Source: a virus
DNA length: 64,000 nt
Virus record (IMG/VR): IMGVR_UViG_3300042691_032331
Span: 31,133-95,132 of that record
Strand: one strand, 5' to 3'
This document shows positions 29,072 to 37,598 of this stretch, piece after piece. The position numbers and the translations under genes are program-made. The notes under the pieces are model-generated. The model saw only the letters and a program-made list of their open reading frames with translations, had not been told where the DNA came from and did no database searches. Within the stretch, counting starts at the first letter, position 1. Every line of letters begins with the position of its first letter.

Positions 29072-29314
29072 TCAATAATCTGCAACAACTTGACCTGTTT
29101 CATTTATGTTAACAAAAACTTTGCCGTAGTCCCATGTACCTTGATCCATGCTACGATAAGTAATTTTATAACAAAAATCACCACTATTAGTTATACCAAG
29201 AAATTCACAAGCCATCACTCGTTCAAAACCAGTATAACCTTGAGTTATAAGAGCCTGATCAAGTTGATTAGGTTGCAACTTTATCAATTTGTTAACTTTT
29301 TCAGCAGTTATCAT
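29072..29314 (-). CDS. Small early hypothetical protein
   Basis: FLGITNSGDFCY motif. Confidence 0.55.
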   Translation of the reverse strand: MITAEKVNKLIKLQPNQLDQALITQGYTGFERVMACEFLGITNSGDFCYKITYRSMDQGTWDYGKVFVNINETGQVVADY

Positions 29315-29315
29315 T

Positions 29316-29462
29316 TTAATAAGCCTCTTCTAATTCTATGAATTTGCCTGTTTCTAAATTGACAATAACATGTTCAGTGTTGCACTCAAAAGCATATTCA
29401 AGTGCTTCCTCAAGTGTTAACGGAATGCTATCAAAACCACCTCGAACGATAACTTTATACAT
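29316..29462 (-). CDS. Small early protein (48 aa, not in the ORF track)
   Basis: Hand-translated MYKVIVRGGFDSIPLTLEEALEYAFEC...; AGGAG SD just after a consensus promoter. Confidence 0.55.
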   Translation of the reverse strand: MYKVIVRGGFDSIPLTLEEALEYAFECNTEHVIVNLETGKFIELEEAY

Positions 29463-29493
29463 TGACAACTCCTATCGTTTTGACTATACAATG

Positions 29494-29522
29494 ATTATAT
29501 GCCCAAATGGATTTATTGTCAA
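29494..29522 (-). promoter_or_regulatory. Early sigma70 promoter TTGACA-N17-TATAAT
   Basis: Perfect consensus. Confidence 0.85.
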
Positions 29523-29526
29523 CAAC

Positions 29527-29555
29527 AAAAAGCCCCGACTAGCGGGGCTTTTTTT
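29527..29555. terminator. Intrinsic terminator (bidirectional-looking)
   Basis: aaaaagccccg-actag-cggggcttttttt. Confidence 0.85.
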
Positions 29556-29820
29556 ACTTCTTAGTTGTCGTTTGATTAACAAACGCATACATTTTCTCAG
29601 CAGTTTCTAATACTTTTTCAATGCCTGGAAATTCTGGCATATTAACTTTCGTAACAATTTGACCTTTATCGTCACGTTCCGCTGATACCTCCCAACCCAT
29701 GTACTTTGCATGAAATTCTTGACCGACTAAATCTTTAGCCATTTCTAAAATTTCAGTACGGATTTCGTATCCGTTTTTGTTAAACTTTACTTCAGGTAAC
29801 TTTGGTGTTAAGTCTGCCAT
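29554..29820 (-). CDS. Conserved phage hypothetical protein
   Basis: NKNGYEIRTEILEMAK...AEKMYAFV; GGAG SD. Confidence 0.65.
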   Translation of the reverse strand: MADLTPKLPEVKFNKNGYEIRTEILEMAKDLVGQEFHAKYMGWEVSAERDDKGQIVTKVNMPEFPGIEKVLETAEKMYAFVNQTTTKK

Positions 29821-29834
29821 ATCTGTCTCCGTTA

Positions 29835-30002
29835 TTATTTAAAAGTTTGGTCTGCAATTTTACGCTCAAATTCTAACGTATATTGTTCAACATCTGCTAG
29901 ATTTTTGGGATTCTTACTTGTGATGTAAGCTTCTAATTCACTGCCATAACGATTTTTTACAAAACTATTTGCCAGTGATTTTACAAAATTAAGACAAGGC
30001 AT
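29835..30002 (-). CDS. Small protein (55 aa, not in the ORF track), DUF3563-like
   Basis: Hand-translated ...ELEAYITSKNPKNLADVEQYTLEFER... Confidence 0.45.
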   Translation of the reverse strand: MPCLNFVKSLANSFVKNRYGSELEAYITSKNPKNLADVEQYTLEFERKIADQTFK

Positions 30003-30006
30003 AACA

Positions 30007-30279
30007 TTAAGCTGCCTTTTCAGATTTTGCTTTGTGTAAAACTTTATCAGAAACGTTTTCAGTAATTACCTTAGCAATGTCAAGACTATTGTTAACAAGA
30101 ACTTTAGCAAAACTAGTTTGTGCATCAATATATGCATGTGCTGCTTTGTTTAAAGTTTTGTCCGTAATAACTTTGTCTGTCATTAGTTTTTTGGTATTTT
30201 GAAATGCATCTATGTAGAATTCTGGTGAGTAGAAATTCTTTAGATAATTGTTGTCGAATATATTGAAAGTGTTTAACAT
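30007..30279 (-). CDS. Small helical protein, possibly phasin-like
   Basis: Amphipathic helical composition (YIDAQTSFAK); AGGAG SD. Confidence 0.45.
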   Translation of the reverse strand: MLNTFNIFDNNYLKNFYSPEFYIDAFQNTKKLMTDKVITDKTLNKAAHAYIDAQTSFAKVLVNNSLDIAKVITENVSDKVLHKAKSEKAA

Positions 30280-30305
30280 TTTTTTCTCCTATGTGTAAAT
30301 GTGTG

Positions 30306-30339
30306 TTGAGGTTTTTACAGAACCTCAAAAAACTGTAAA
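30306..30339 (-). other. H-type pseudoknot motif in a 5' leader
   Basis: UUUACAG/CUGUAAA and UUGAGGUU/AACCUCAA interleaved pairings. Confidence 0.5.
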
Positions 30340-30355
30340 CTATTTATCTAGCTGC

Positions 30356-30529
30356 TTACTTTTTAGACTTTTTATCAGCTTTTTTGGCAGGCTTTGTGTC
30401 TGCCGCTTTGCTATGGTCTTTTTTCTTCGCAAGCATTAGATTACCCTTTTTAACTGGGCCTGCATCTTGTGCGAATACTGGTGGCATGATAAGTGCCAAA
30501 CTTGTTGCAATTGCTACTAGGTATTTCAT
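30356..30529 (-). CDS. Small secreted Lys-rich peptide (57 aa, not in the ORF track)
   Basis: Hand-translated MKYLVAIATSLALIMPPVFAQD...KKADKKSKK; GAGG SD. Confidence 0.55.
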   Translation of the reverse strand: MKYLVAIATSLALIMPPVFAQDAGPVKKGNLMLAKKKDHSKAADTKPAKKADKKSKK

Positions 30530-30677
30530 CGTCCTCTCCCTGTTTTTCTCATGACGTTTGCTCCACCAAACCCTTTGCTTGGCTTTGGAGTCTTATTTTG
30601 CTGATTAGGAAAAGTGTTATTTTTCTTAGCAGCATTAGCCATATTTATGAATGGATTTTTGCTTTTCTTTTCTTCAG

Positions 30678-31079
30678 TCATTTTTTCCCCTTTATAGAAT
30701 TTAAATAACTTTCTAAATCACCATATAGACATAGCATCATATAGACTCTGCTATCGTACAATCTCATAAATGGTTTTTTAGTTGTAGTGTCAACGTCAAC
30801 AAAATATGGACATTTAATTTTTTTATCAAGGTCTAATATAAATTGATAATAGCTTCTGCTTGATTTTGTAAGTGAAAAATTGTGAACAAAACTTTCAAAA
30901 TCTGCATAACGAAATTCTAAATCTCCTACTTGTGTAAGTCTTAATCCCCCATCTCGTCTAGGATTAAACCACCACTTTTTCATTGCCTCTTCAAATGTCC
31001 AATTATTGCCTTCTAAAGATTCTAAAACTTTAATAGTTAAAGATTCTTTATAGGTTAACTTAGTCATCTGGATAAACAC
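30678..31079 (-). CDS. Conserved phage hypothetical protein
   Basis: WWFNPRRDGGLRLT...LDKKIKCPY. Confidence 0.6.
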   Translation of the reverse strand: MFIQMTKLTYKESLTIKVLESLEGNNWTFEEAMKKWWFNPRRDGGLRLTQVGDLEFRYADFESFVHNFSLTKSSRSYYQFILDLDKKIKCPYFVDVDTTTKKPFMRLYDSRVYMMLCLYGDLESYLNSIKGKK

Positions 31080-31353
31080 GTGTGCCGTTATTCATAAACA
31101 CTACACTGAATTTATCAGTTTTAAATTGCTTGTTTAATTTACGACAAAGATTCCTAGCATGACCAGGATTACTAAAACTTGTTTTTTTATATTTTGGAAC
31201 TGCTTCGTTATCAAGATAATGTTGACTTTTTAGATTGATAGGATGCCCGTCATAAAACACAGCCCATATACCTGCTGCTTCTACAATTTGATCACATTTG
31301 TAGGTTTGCTTATCGACTATTTCAAGTATAACTTTAGGTTGTGTTCTGCTCAT
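31060..31353 (-). CDS. Conserved phage hypothetical protein
   Basis: PKYKKTSFSNPGHARNL. Confidence 0.65.
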   Translation of the reverse strand: MSRTQPKVILEIVDKQTYKCDQIVEAAGIWAVFYDGHPINLKSQHYLDNEAVPKYKKTSFSNPGHARNLCRKLNKQFKTDKFSVVFMNNGTRVYPDD

Positions 31354-31356
31354 TAA

Positions 31357-31539
31357 TTACCATTTTCCACCATTCATAACAACAGTAATGGTTTCATCCT
31401 TATTTTCTTTTTTATCCACTAAGAGTTTTGCAATTTCATCACGCAATTCCTTAGCTTCAGTTATGGGAATAATAAGCTCACGTGACTGTCTAGTCTCTGC
31501 AAGTGCTACCTTATCGATAAATTTCTTAATTATGCTCAT
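31357..31539 (-). CDS. Small hypothetical protein
   Basis: Coupled ORF ending MNGGKW; ATAAATA upstream. Confidence 0.55.
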   Translation of the reverse strand: MSIIKKFIDKVALAETRQSRELIIPITEAKELRDEIAKLLVDKKENKDETITVVMNGGKW

Positions 31540-31994
31540 ACGCTATTTATGCTACTTTTTGCTTCCTCTTTTGTCTTAAAGGGTCCAATGTATTCATATC
31601 TCTGTACAAAGATATATTTTGGACAAAAGACTACACTAAACTCATTAGTTTGTTTTAATGCGAACCATCCAGCTGCATGGTAGCATTTGCTTTTTTGTGT
31701 TTTAGTAAAGATATGTAATTTACGTTTAACATCATAATAGTTGTTATAAATTCTATTACTTGATGTTGGATAAACTGCAAAACTAGGATGCTGAGTTTTG
31801 GTAGTTTTAATTATCTTTTCAAACTCAATTTGTTTTGATTTTTCAATAGCTTTGGTACTAGAATACTTTTCTTTTTTATCTCCGATAATAACTTCATAAT
31901 CACTACCTTCATGAATTACATTGCCAACTTTTTTTCTACCGTCAGTGACTACCCAGTATTGATCTTTAATAATAGGTTTAGCTTTTAAAATCAT
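31536..31994 (-). CDS. Conserved phage hypothetical protein
   Basis: SKCYHAAGW...FCPK...RYEYIGPFKT. Confidence 0.6.
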   Translation of the reverse strand: MILKAKPIIKDQYWVVTDGRKKVGNVIHEGSDYEVIIGDKKEKYSSTKAIEKSKQIEFEKIIKTTKTQHPSFAVYPTSSNRIYNNYYDVKRKLHIFTKTQKSKCYHAAGWFALKQTNEFSVVFCPKYIFVQRYEYIGPFKTKEEAKSSINSV

Positions 31995-33002
31995 TTATAC
32001 TCCTTTTAATATACCTTCATACGGACTATTAAGCCAACGTGCGTATGTGTCTGCTTGTTCACTAATCTTAGTGAGTTCATACTTACCACAGAATTTCATA
32101 AAGTGTACACCAACTTGAGGTGTAGTATTTATACGAACACTATTAATAATAGCTTGGTCAACTTTGTCTTTAATGTCTTGAGGTTGTGCAGTAAGATCAA
32201 TAAGTGTCTTGTTGCGCTCATATGCATCACGCACACGATGTTCTATGTCATTGTGATCAGTCCAACGCTGCAACATAAAATTATTCCACGCAAAACCTTG
32301 CTTGTCACGATCACTAAAAGCTTCCATAATACCTATAGAATTTTTAGTGCCTTTTTCACGTACACCGGGATATGCACTGAATACATTGTCAGTACCATCA
32401 CCACGAATAATCTTCTTAAACAACAAGTATTGCGGATCTTCTAATAGTTTAGGTTGATTAGTTTTTTTATCAACAATCAATTTTCCCTTGTCATTAAAAT
32501 AGCCCTCGGGTGTAATAAGTTGATTGGCGACACCATTATATTGGAAGACACGATCAGATATAAGCTGGACATAATCAGTATCACTGCTAATAATATATAT
32601 TTGGTCATTTGGGTGTAAGTGTATAAATCGTGCAATAATGTCATCAGCCTCAGCATTCTCATGCCTAATTACGCTGCAATTTGTTTTTTCCTTAAGATAA
32701 TCTGTAAACATACTATATGTTTCCCAGAACATCTTGTTTTCCTCAATTTCTTCATCAGTCAATGCTGTTTCATCAACGACACGATTTGCTTTGTATGGCT
32801 TGTAAAAATCCTTCCTCCATGATCTGCCTTCGAGTGCGAACACAGTGTGATCTATACCATAATTGCGCACCACTTGATTTACACTTGCAAGTGTAATATG
32901 TAGTGCCATCCCAATCTTCTCCCATGTAGTAGAATTTCTACTTGCTACGTGACGGGCACGAAAGAAAGAATTGGCAGTGTCTATGAGTGCATACTTTTTC
33001 AT
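31995..33002 (-). CDS. T4 RNase H-like 5'-3' exonuclease / flap endonuclease
   Basis: LIDTAN, SWRK...YKANR, EADDII, SSDTD and GDGTDNV motifs; start reassigned to MKKYAL. Confidence 0.9.
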   Translation of the reverse strand: MKKYALIDTANSFFRARHVASRNSTTWEKIGMALHITLASVNQVVRNYGIDHTVFALEGRSWRKDFYKPYKANRVVDETALTDEEIEENKMFWETYSMFTDYLKEKTNCSVIRHENAEADDIIARFIHLHPNDQIYIISSDTDYVQLISDRVFQYNGVANQLITPEGYFNDKGKLIVDKKTNQPKLLEDPQYLLFKKIIRGDGTDNVFSAYPGVREKGTKNSIGIMEAFSDRDKQGFAWNNFMLQRWTDHNDIEHRVRDAYERNKTLIDLTAQPQDIKDKVDQAIINSVRINTTPQVGVHFMKFCGKYELTKISEQADTYARWLNSPYEGILKGV

Positions 33003-33036
33003 ATGGGATAGTATATATCTAGTTAATTTACGTATA

Positions 33037-34923
33037 TTATACACATATATTGTTTAATTTCCTAGGAACCATTTGCCCATTTATCCAATCATATCTTTGT
33101 TGGTTGTCCTTGTAAAGATCAGTCTTTACAGCAGATAAATTAGCACAAACGAAGGCAATATTCTCAGGATCATTGTCATAATGATTTCCGTTTTTATGTT
33201 CCCGTACTAGCATACTTTTGTCGATATATTCAAAAAATTCTTCATATGTTCTAAATCCGTAAACTTTGCTTAGTGCCTCATAGACATTTGCCAAACATTT
33301 TGGAAGATTATTTTCATCACGTGGACACCCTGCGCAAAACTTTTCCTTAATAAAATTTTGCTGTGTCACAGTAAGACTCGAACTTATGTTAAACTTTTGT
33401 TTGTCTATGCAAGATTCATTCAACCCTTGAAATAAATATTCTTTTCCTTGCATTAGTGACCAAACTCCGCGGAGTCTGAAATCCATTACTGTTTCATTAT
33501 CAAAATCCACATCATCGTCAACATTTATTCTTGAACTTAATAGTTCACTTTCTTTTGGTACAATTGCGTGTGCCCAATTCATAACAGCATAGTAATTTAT
33601 CAATAGTGCTTTTTGTTCGAAAGAAATATCAAGTCCGTGAATAAACGATTTAGCCTCAGCATGACTACGAAAAAAAGGCATTCTAGTAAGTCTACCCAAA
33701 AACTGAGAATAATTGTTGTGAATTTTAGATGTTGGGCTGCGAACTACAATTGCATGAGTTAAAGTTGAAATGTTAGCTCCCACATTCAGTTTTTCTTTAA
33801 CAACAATAATATGACTATGCATTGGAGAATTATTTATAATGCTAATCATATCGCCTGTGTTGTTTACAAATTTTCCTGCATATGTATTTTCTACTAAATC
33901 TACTAGTATAAAATTATTACTTTTAGCAAATTTTTTAATATAACCTATACAATCTTTATATCTTAGTCCATTTGTAGCATTATCCATACCTGTTTTGATA
34001 ATAAGATCAGGCATAGCTTTTGCAAATTTAGAATCTGTAGTGTTAAGTATCTTCCAAGTTTCAGTGGTAATAGAATTGTGTAAATTTACTACTTCATCTC
34101 TGTGTTTAGCAAACATATCTAAGCCTTGGATAATCATATTCGCAAAGCTCCAGTCGCCTATATTATTCACTGCTGATATACTTGTAAAGTCTCCGAATGT
34201 TGTTAGTATAGAGTCTCTAGGCATAGTGGGTAATTTGTTAAAAAGTTTTTTACCTTTTACAGTTTTACCTTTTTGACTATTAGTTAGTGTTGCTGATATT
34301 GCTATTATATTTGCACCTGCTCTACAAAATGCTCTCAGAGCCCTAGCAGTGCTTAGTTTTGCTTTTTTGTTATTTCTTCCAGTATTAGGTAGAACATCTT
34401 CAAGATCCCAGGTACCTGTATGTTGATGCGCTTCATCATCAAACACTCCCCATTCTCCTACGTTTGATGGACTTAAGCACCCTTTAGTAAATGTATCTTG
34501 ATTTTTCAAAAAATATTGTTTTGTAGTAAAAAAAACATAAATGACATTTTTCTTTAGTTTTAAAGTGCCATTAACATATGATTTTATCTGATTCTCATCA
34601 ATTACTTTAACTGGCTTGCCATCAACAACAGTCATATCTAGTACTGTTTGTGCATCTAAACGTGTTTGTTTAGTAACACCTACTTCAGGAGATATGTATA
34701 GAAAATTATTCAAACCCTTTTTTGCTATAGCTGGAATCAAATAATTAATAATCATCCATGTTTTGCCTTGACCAGTGTCAGCAGAAAATGTAATAATTTG
34801 TCTAAAGTTATTTTTTATATTTTCTTCAACTGCATCAAGAACGTTATCATAAAGATAATTTTTTTGAAGTTCAGTCATATTGCCGTTAGGAATGAAAGTG
34901 TCTGTAATCATTTTACGCACCAT
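33037..34923 (-). CDS. SF2 (DEAH) helicase fused to a C-terminal HNH nuclease
   Basis: DTGQGKT, DDEAH, SAT, LNVGAN and QFLGRLTR motifs; C-terminal CAGC...EHKNGNHYDNDPENI...C. Confidence 0.7.
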   Translation of the reverse strand: MVRKMITDTFIPNGNMTELQKNYLYDNVLDAVEENIKNNFRQIITFSADTGQGKTWMIINYLIPAIAKKGLNNFLYISPEVGVTKQTRLDAQTVLDMTVVDGKPVKVIDENQIKSYVNGTLKLKKNVIYVFFTTKQYFLKNQDTFTKGCLSPSNVGEWGVFDDEAHQHTGTWDLEDVLPNTGRNNKKAKLSTARALRAFCRAGANIIAISATLTNSQKGKTVKGKKLFNKLPTMPRDSILTTFGDFTSISAVNNIGDWSFANMIIQGLDMFAKHRDEVVNLHNSITTETWKILNTTDSKFAKAMPDLIIKTGMDNATNGLRYKDCIGYIKKFAKSNNFILVDLVENTYAGKFVNNTGDMISIINNSPMHSHIIVVKEKLNVGANISTLTHAIVVRSPTSKIHNNYSQFLGRLTRMPFFRSHAEAKSFIHGLDISFEQKALLINYYAVMNWAHAIVPKESELLSSRINVDDDVDFDNETVMDFRLRGVWSLMQGKEYLFQGLNESCIDKQKFNISSSLTVTQQNFIKEKFCAGCPRDENNLPKCLANVYEALSKVYGFRTYEEFFEYIDKSMLVREHKNGNHYDNDPENIAFVCANLSAVKTDLYKDNQQRYDWINGQMVPRKLNNICV

Positions 34924-34941
34924 TTAAGTATTAAAACTTAG

Positions 34942-34970
34942 AGTATAACAAAGATGTATTAAAAAGTCAA
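34942..34970 (-). promoter_or_regulatory. sigma70 promoter TTGACT-N17-TATACT
   Basis: Dedicated promoter just before the helicase-HNH gene. Confidence 0.65.
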
Positions 34971-34991
34971 GTTATTTTTTATTGTTGCAAT

Positions 34992-35468
34992 TTAGCTAAC
35001 TTCTGTGCGCCCATTACCCAAATCACGTGATTGTATTGGACGAATGTTAGGGTCTCTATTACTTGGATCTGCATTTAATTGTTCATACATTTCAAGTGCG
35101 ATATTTCTACAGACCATTTGAAACCAGCGGTCCACAATTTCTGCATCAGTATCAGTATCTTTAAATTTGTATCCTGCTTTAATTAAATTAATTACAAATT
35201 TATCATTCCAATCCAATTCAAATGCACCGTCGTTAATATTGTTAGGATTTATTTCTACTTTGGTAATAGCAATATAAGGTTCACCTGCATTAGTGGCCTT
35301 TTCTTTTTCTGAAAGAACTTTTTCTTCCTTTTTACTTCTTGGTTGTTTCTTGATAGTTTCTTGTTCAGCAAGTTCTGTATCTAAAACAGGTTCTTTTCTA
35401 TTTTGTTTTTTAGATTCTGGCTTAGCTTCTTCAGGCTTCGCAAAGAATTTCTTTATGTTGTTTAGCAT
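34992..35468 (-). CDS. Conserved phage hypothetical protein
   Basis: GAFELDWNDKF...IVDRWF; start reassigned to MLNN. Confidence 0.6.
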   Translation of the reverse strand: MLNNIKKFFAKPEEAKPESKKQNRKEPVLDTELAEQETIKKQPRSKKEEKVLSEKEKATNAGEPYIAITKVEINPNNINDGAFELDWNDKFVINLIKAGYKFKDTDTDAEIVDRWFQMVCRNIALEMYEQLNADPSNRDPNIRPIQSRDLGNGRTEVS

Positions 35469-36483
35469 TTTTACTTTCCTCAAATAATGCAAAGCTTGCT
35501 AGATTCTTAGCCTTGCTCTCGCACATAATATCGAATTGATTATTAAAACTTAATGCCCATTCATTGCAAGCATTGTTCCAATAGTAATCACTATGAGCAC
35601 GTAGTTTTTGTTTCTTGTATCCTTGTTCTAATAACAGTTTCATGTCAGGAAAAGTATTTGAATCATGACCAACTAATAAATCTTCGCGGCTGACACTGTA
35701 ATGGCAAGCAGGGCGAACACCGCGCCAGCTATCAACCACTCGTTTAACGCTGTCGCTAGTTGGATCAATGTATACCCCCTCACGCACCCAATGATGATGT
35801 ATGTCAAGCACAATAGGCAATAAATCACTGAGACTGAGACAATCATCAAGTCCATGTACTATCTCCTCGTTTTCGATAGTGATACCGTTCCTTGCTTCGG
35901 GGCTGAGTCTTTTGTAGGCTTTTCGTATGCCTTCGGGACCTTGGCGACCTGAGATGTGTACATTGATTTTAAAGTCCTGGAACGAAGCGCCGTAGCCCAT
36001 CCATCTTGCCATGCTTGCATGATATTCAAACTCCTCAATAGATTTATTTACTACCTCTTCGCGGTCACTCGCAAGAACTACGAATTGGTCGGGATGAAAA
36101 CTTAAACGCACATCATTGGCACGGGCAGTTTCACCAAGTGGTCTGAACCAGTGTTCTAGTTTATTTTGAATGTCAGTAGATTGCCAAAATGGTTTCCAAT
36201 CATCCATAGTATAAAAACTAAGCATATCGCTAGTTAGACGAACCATGCGTAGTTCATGTGGCAATGTAGCAACACGCTTAATAAGATTGTGTGTATTCAT
36301 AATGTTACGGGCAGCAACATCAAGAACCTTTTCTTCGGCAACACGACGACTTTGGCGTTCAGCCCATGCCTTAGTAGTACCTCCTGTGTTAAGACCTTCG
36401 GTACTAGCAATCTCACCTTTTTTGTTTATCTCTGCCCACTTGCAAGCAAAGCCGATACGGTGTATATTTTGATTAAAACTCAT
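35431..36483 (-). CDS. UV damage endonuclease (UvdE/UvsE family)
   Basis: RIGFAC, RLSFHPDQFVVL, INVH, IENEE, VLDIHHH, HYS and HSDY motifs. Confidence 0.9.
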   Translation of the reverse strand: MSFNQNIHRIGFACKWAEINKKGEIASTEGLNTGGTTKAWAERQSRRVAEEKVLDVAARNIMNTHNLIKRVATLPHELRMVRLTSDMLSFYTMDDWKPFWQSTDIQNKLEHWFRPLGETARANDVRLSFHPDQFVVLASDREEVVNKSIEEFEYHASMARWMGYGASFQDFKINVHISGRQGPEGIRKAYKRLSPEARNGITIENEEIVHGLDDCLSLSDLLPIVLDIHHHWVREGVYIDPTSDSVKRVVDSWRGVRPACHYSVSREDLLVGHDSNTFPDMKLLLEQGYKKQKLRAHSDYYWNNACNEWALSFNNQFDIMCESKAKNLASFALFEESKNAKQHKEILCEA

Positions 36484-36761
36484 TGTTTAAGCATTTCAAT
36501 AATTTTTTTAGGATCCATTAATTCATGGGGCATTTTAACACATCTTTCAATTACTTCATACTCTACAATTTCCCAATTACTCATATCTGATCCTTTATTG
36601 TAAGGTCCTGGTGTATTCATTGTTAGCATCGATCTAAGCTTGCCTATTGTATCCCAGACTTTGCCAGTCTTTGACCAAACATCATACACTCCACCTTTAT
36701 GATAGAGACCAGTAGTTTTGTTGCGAATTTTGTAATAAGTAGCCATCTTAACAGTATACAA
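36480..36761 (-). CDS. Hypothetical protein
   Basis: YKIRNKTTGLY...WSKTGKVW. Confidence 0.55.
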   Translation of the reverse strand: MYTVKMATYYKIRNKTTGLYHKGGVYDVWSKTGKVWDTIGKLRSMLTMNTPGPYNKGSDMSNWEIVEYEVIERCVKMPHELMDPKKIIEMLKQ

Positions 36762-36770
36762 TAAAACTGA

Positions 36771-37598
36771 TTATTTGTCAACTTTAAGTAAATCTTGTAA
36801 TTTATACAACTTTGTCATGTACTTACTTGGATTGCTTAATACACTAGATTCAATGTCACCGTTTCTACGTGAACCATATTTTGTTTCAAAATCAACATTA
36901 TTGACTTCTTTGAATAGATTTACCATTTCTAATACTGTATTACCTTGTCCATGTCCTAAATTTTCTATTTTTTTAGTTGGATCTTCTATAGCATACTCAA
37001 TAGCTTGGCAAACTTCATTTACATGAATATAATCACGTTCGCAAGTTCCATCTTTTGTATTGTAGTCATTACCAAAAATAGTAAAATTACCTTCTTTGGG
37101 TGCCTTTAATAAGTTATAAAATAAGCCATCTGGGTTAGTAGGAGGAACAACAGTACTTCCAATAACATTGTAAAATCTAAATATAGTATAATCCATATTG
37201 AATTTTGTACACCATTCTACTGTACAATCTTCTGCCATTTTTTTACTTATACCATATGGACTTTTCATTTCTACTGCTGCACCTGTACTTGCTAATATAA
37301 AATTATTACAACGAATTCCTTCTAATACATTTAGAGTTCCTATAACATTCGTATTGTAATAATTAATAGGTTTAGATACACTTTCGCTAACATTTACTAA
37401 ACCAGCCAAATGTACTACTGCATCAAATTCATTTGCAAGGTGTATAAACAATCTTATATCCATGTTAACAAAGTTTTTTGTTTCTATTTTAGGTTCTGCA
37501 AAATCTAAACCGTATACTTCATACTTGTCCTCTAAAAATCTACATAAATGTGATCCTATATATCCTGAACTACCTGTTATTAATACTTTCTTTTTCAT
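36771..37598 (-). CDS. NAD-dependent sugar epimerase (GalE-like)
   Basis: TGSSGYIG, YGISK, FRFYNV and GTCERDYIHV motifs. Confidence 0.9.
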   Translation of the reverse strand: MKKKVLITGSSGYIGSHLCRFLEDKYEVYGLDFAEPKIETKNFVNMDIRLFIHLANEFDAVVHLAGLVNVSESVSKPINYYNTNVIGTLNVLEGIRCNNFILASTGAAVEMKSPYGISKKMAEDCTVEWCTKFNMDYTIFRFYNVIGSTVVPPTNPDGLFYNLLKAPKEGNFTIFGNDYNTKDGTCERDYIHVNEVCQAIEYAIEDPTKKIENLGHGQGNTVLEMVNLFKEVNNVDFETKYGSRRNGDIESSVLSNPSKYMTKLYKLQDLLKVDK

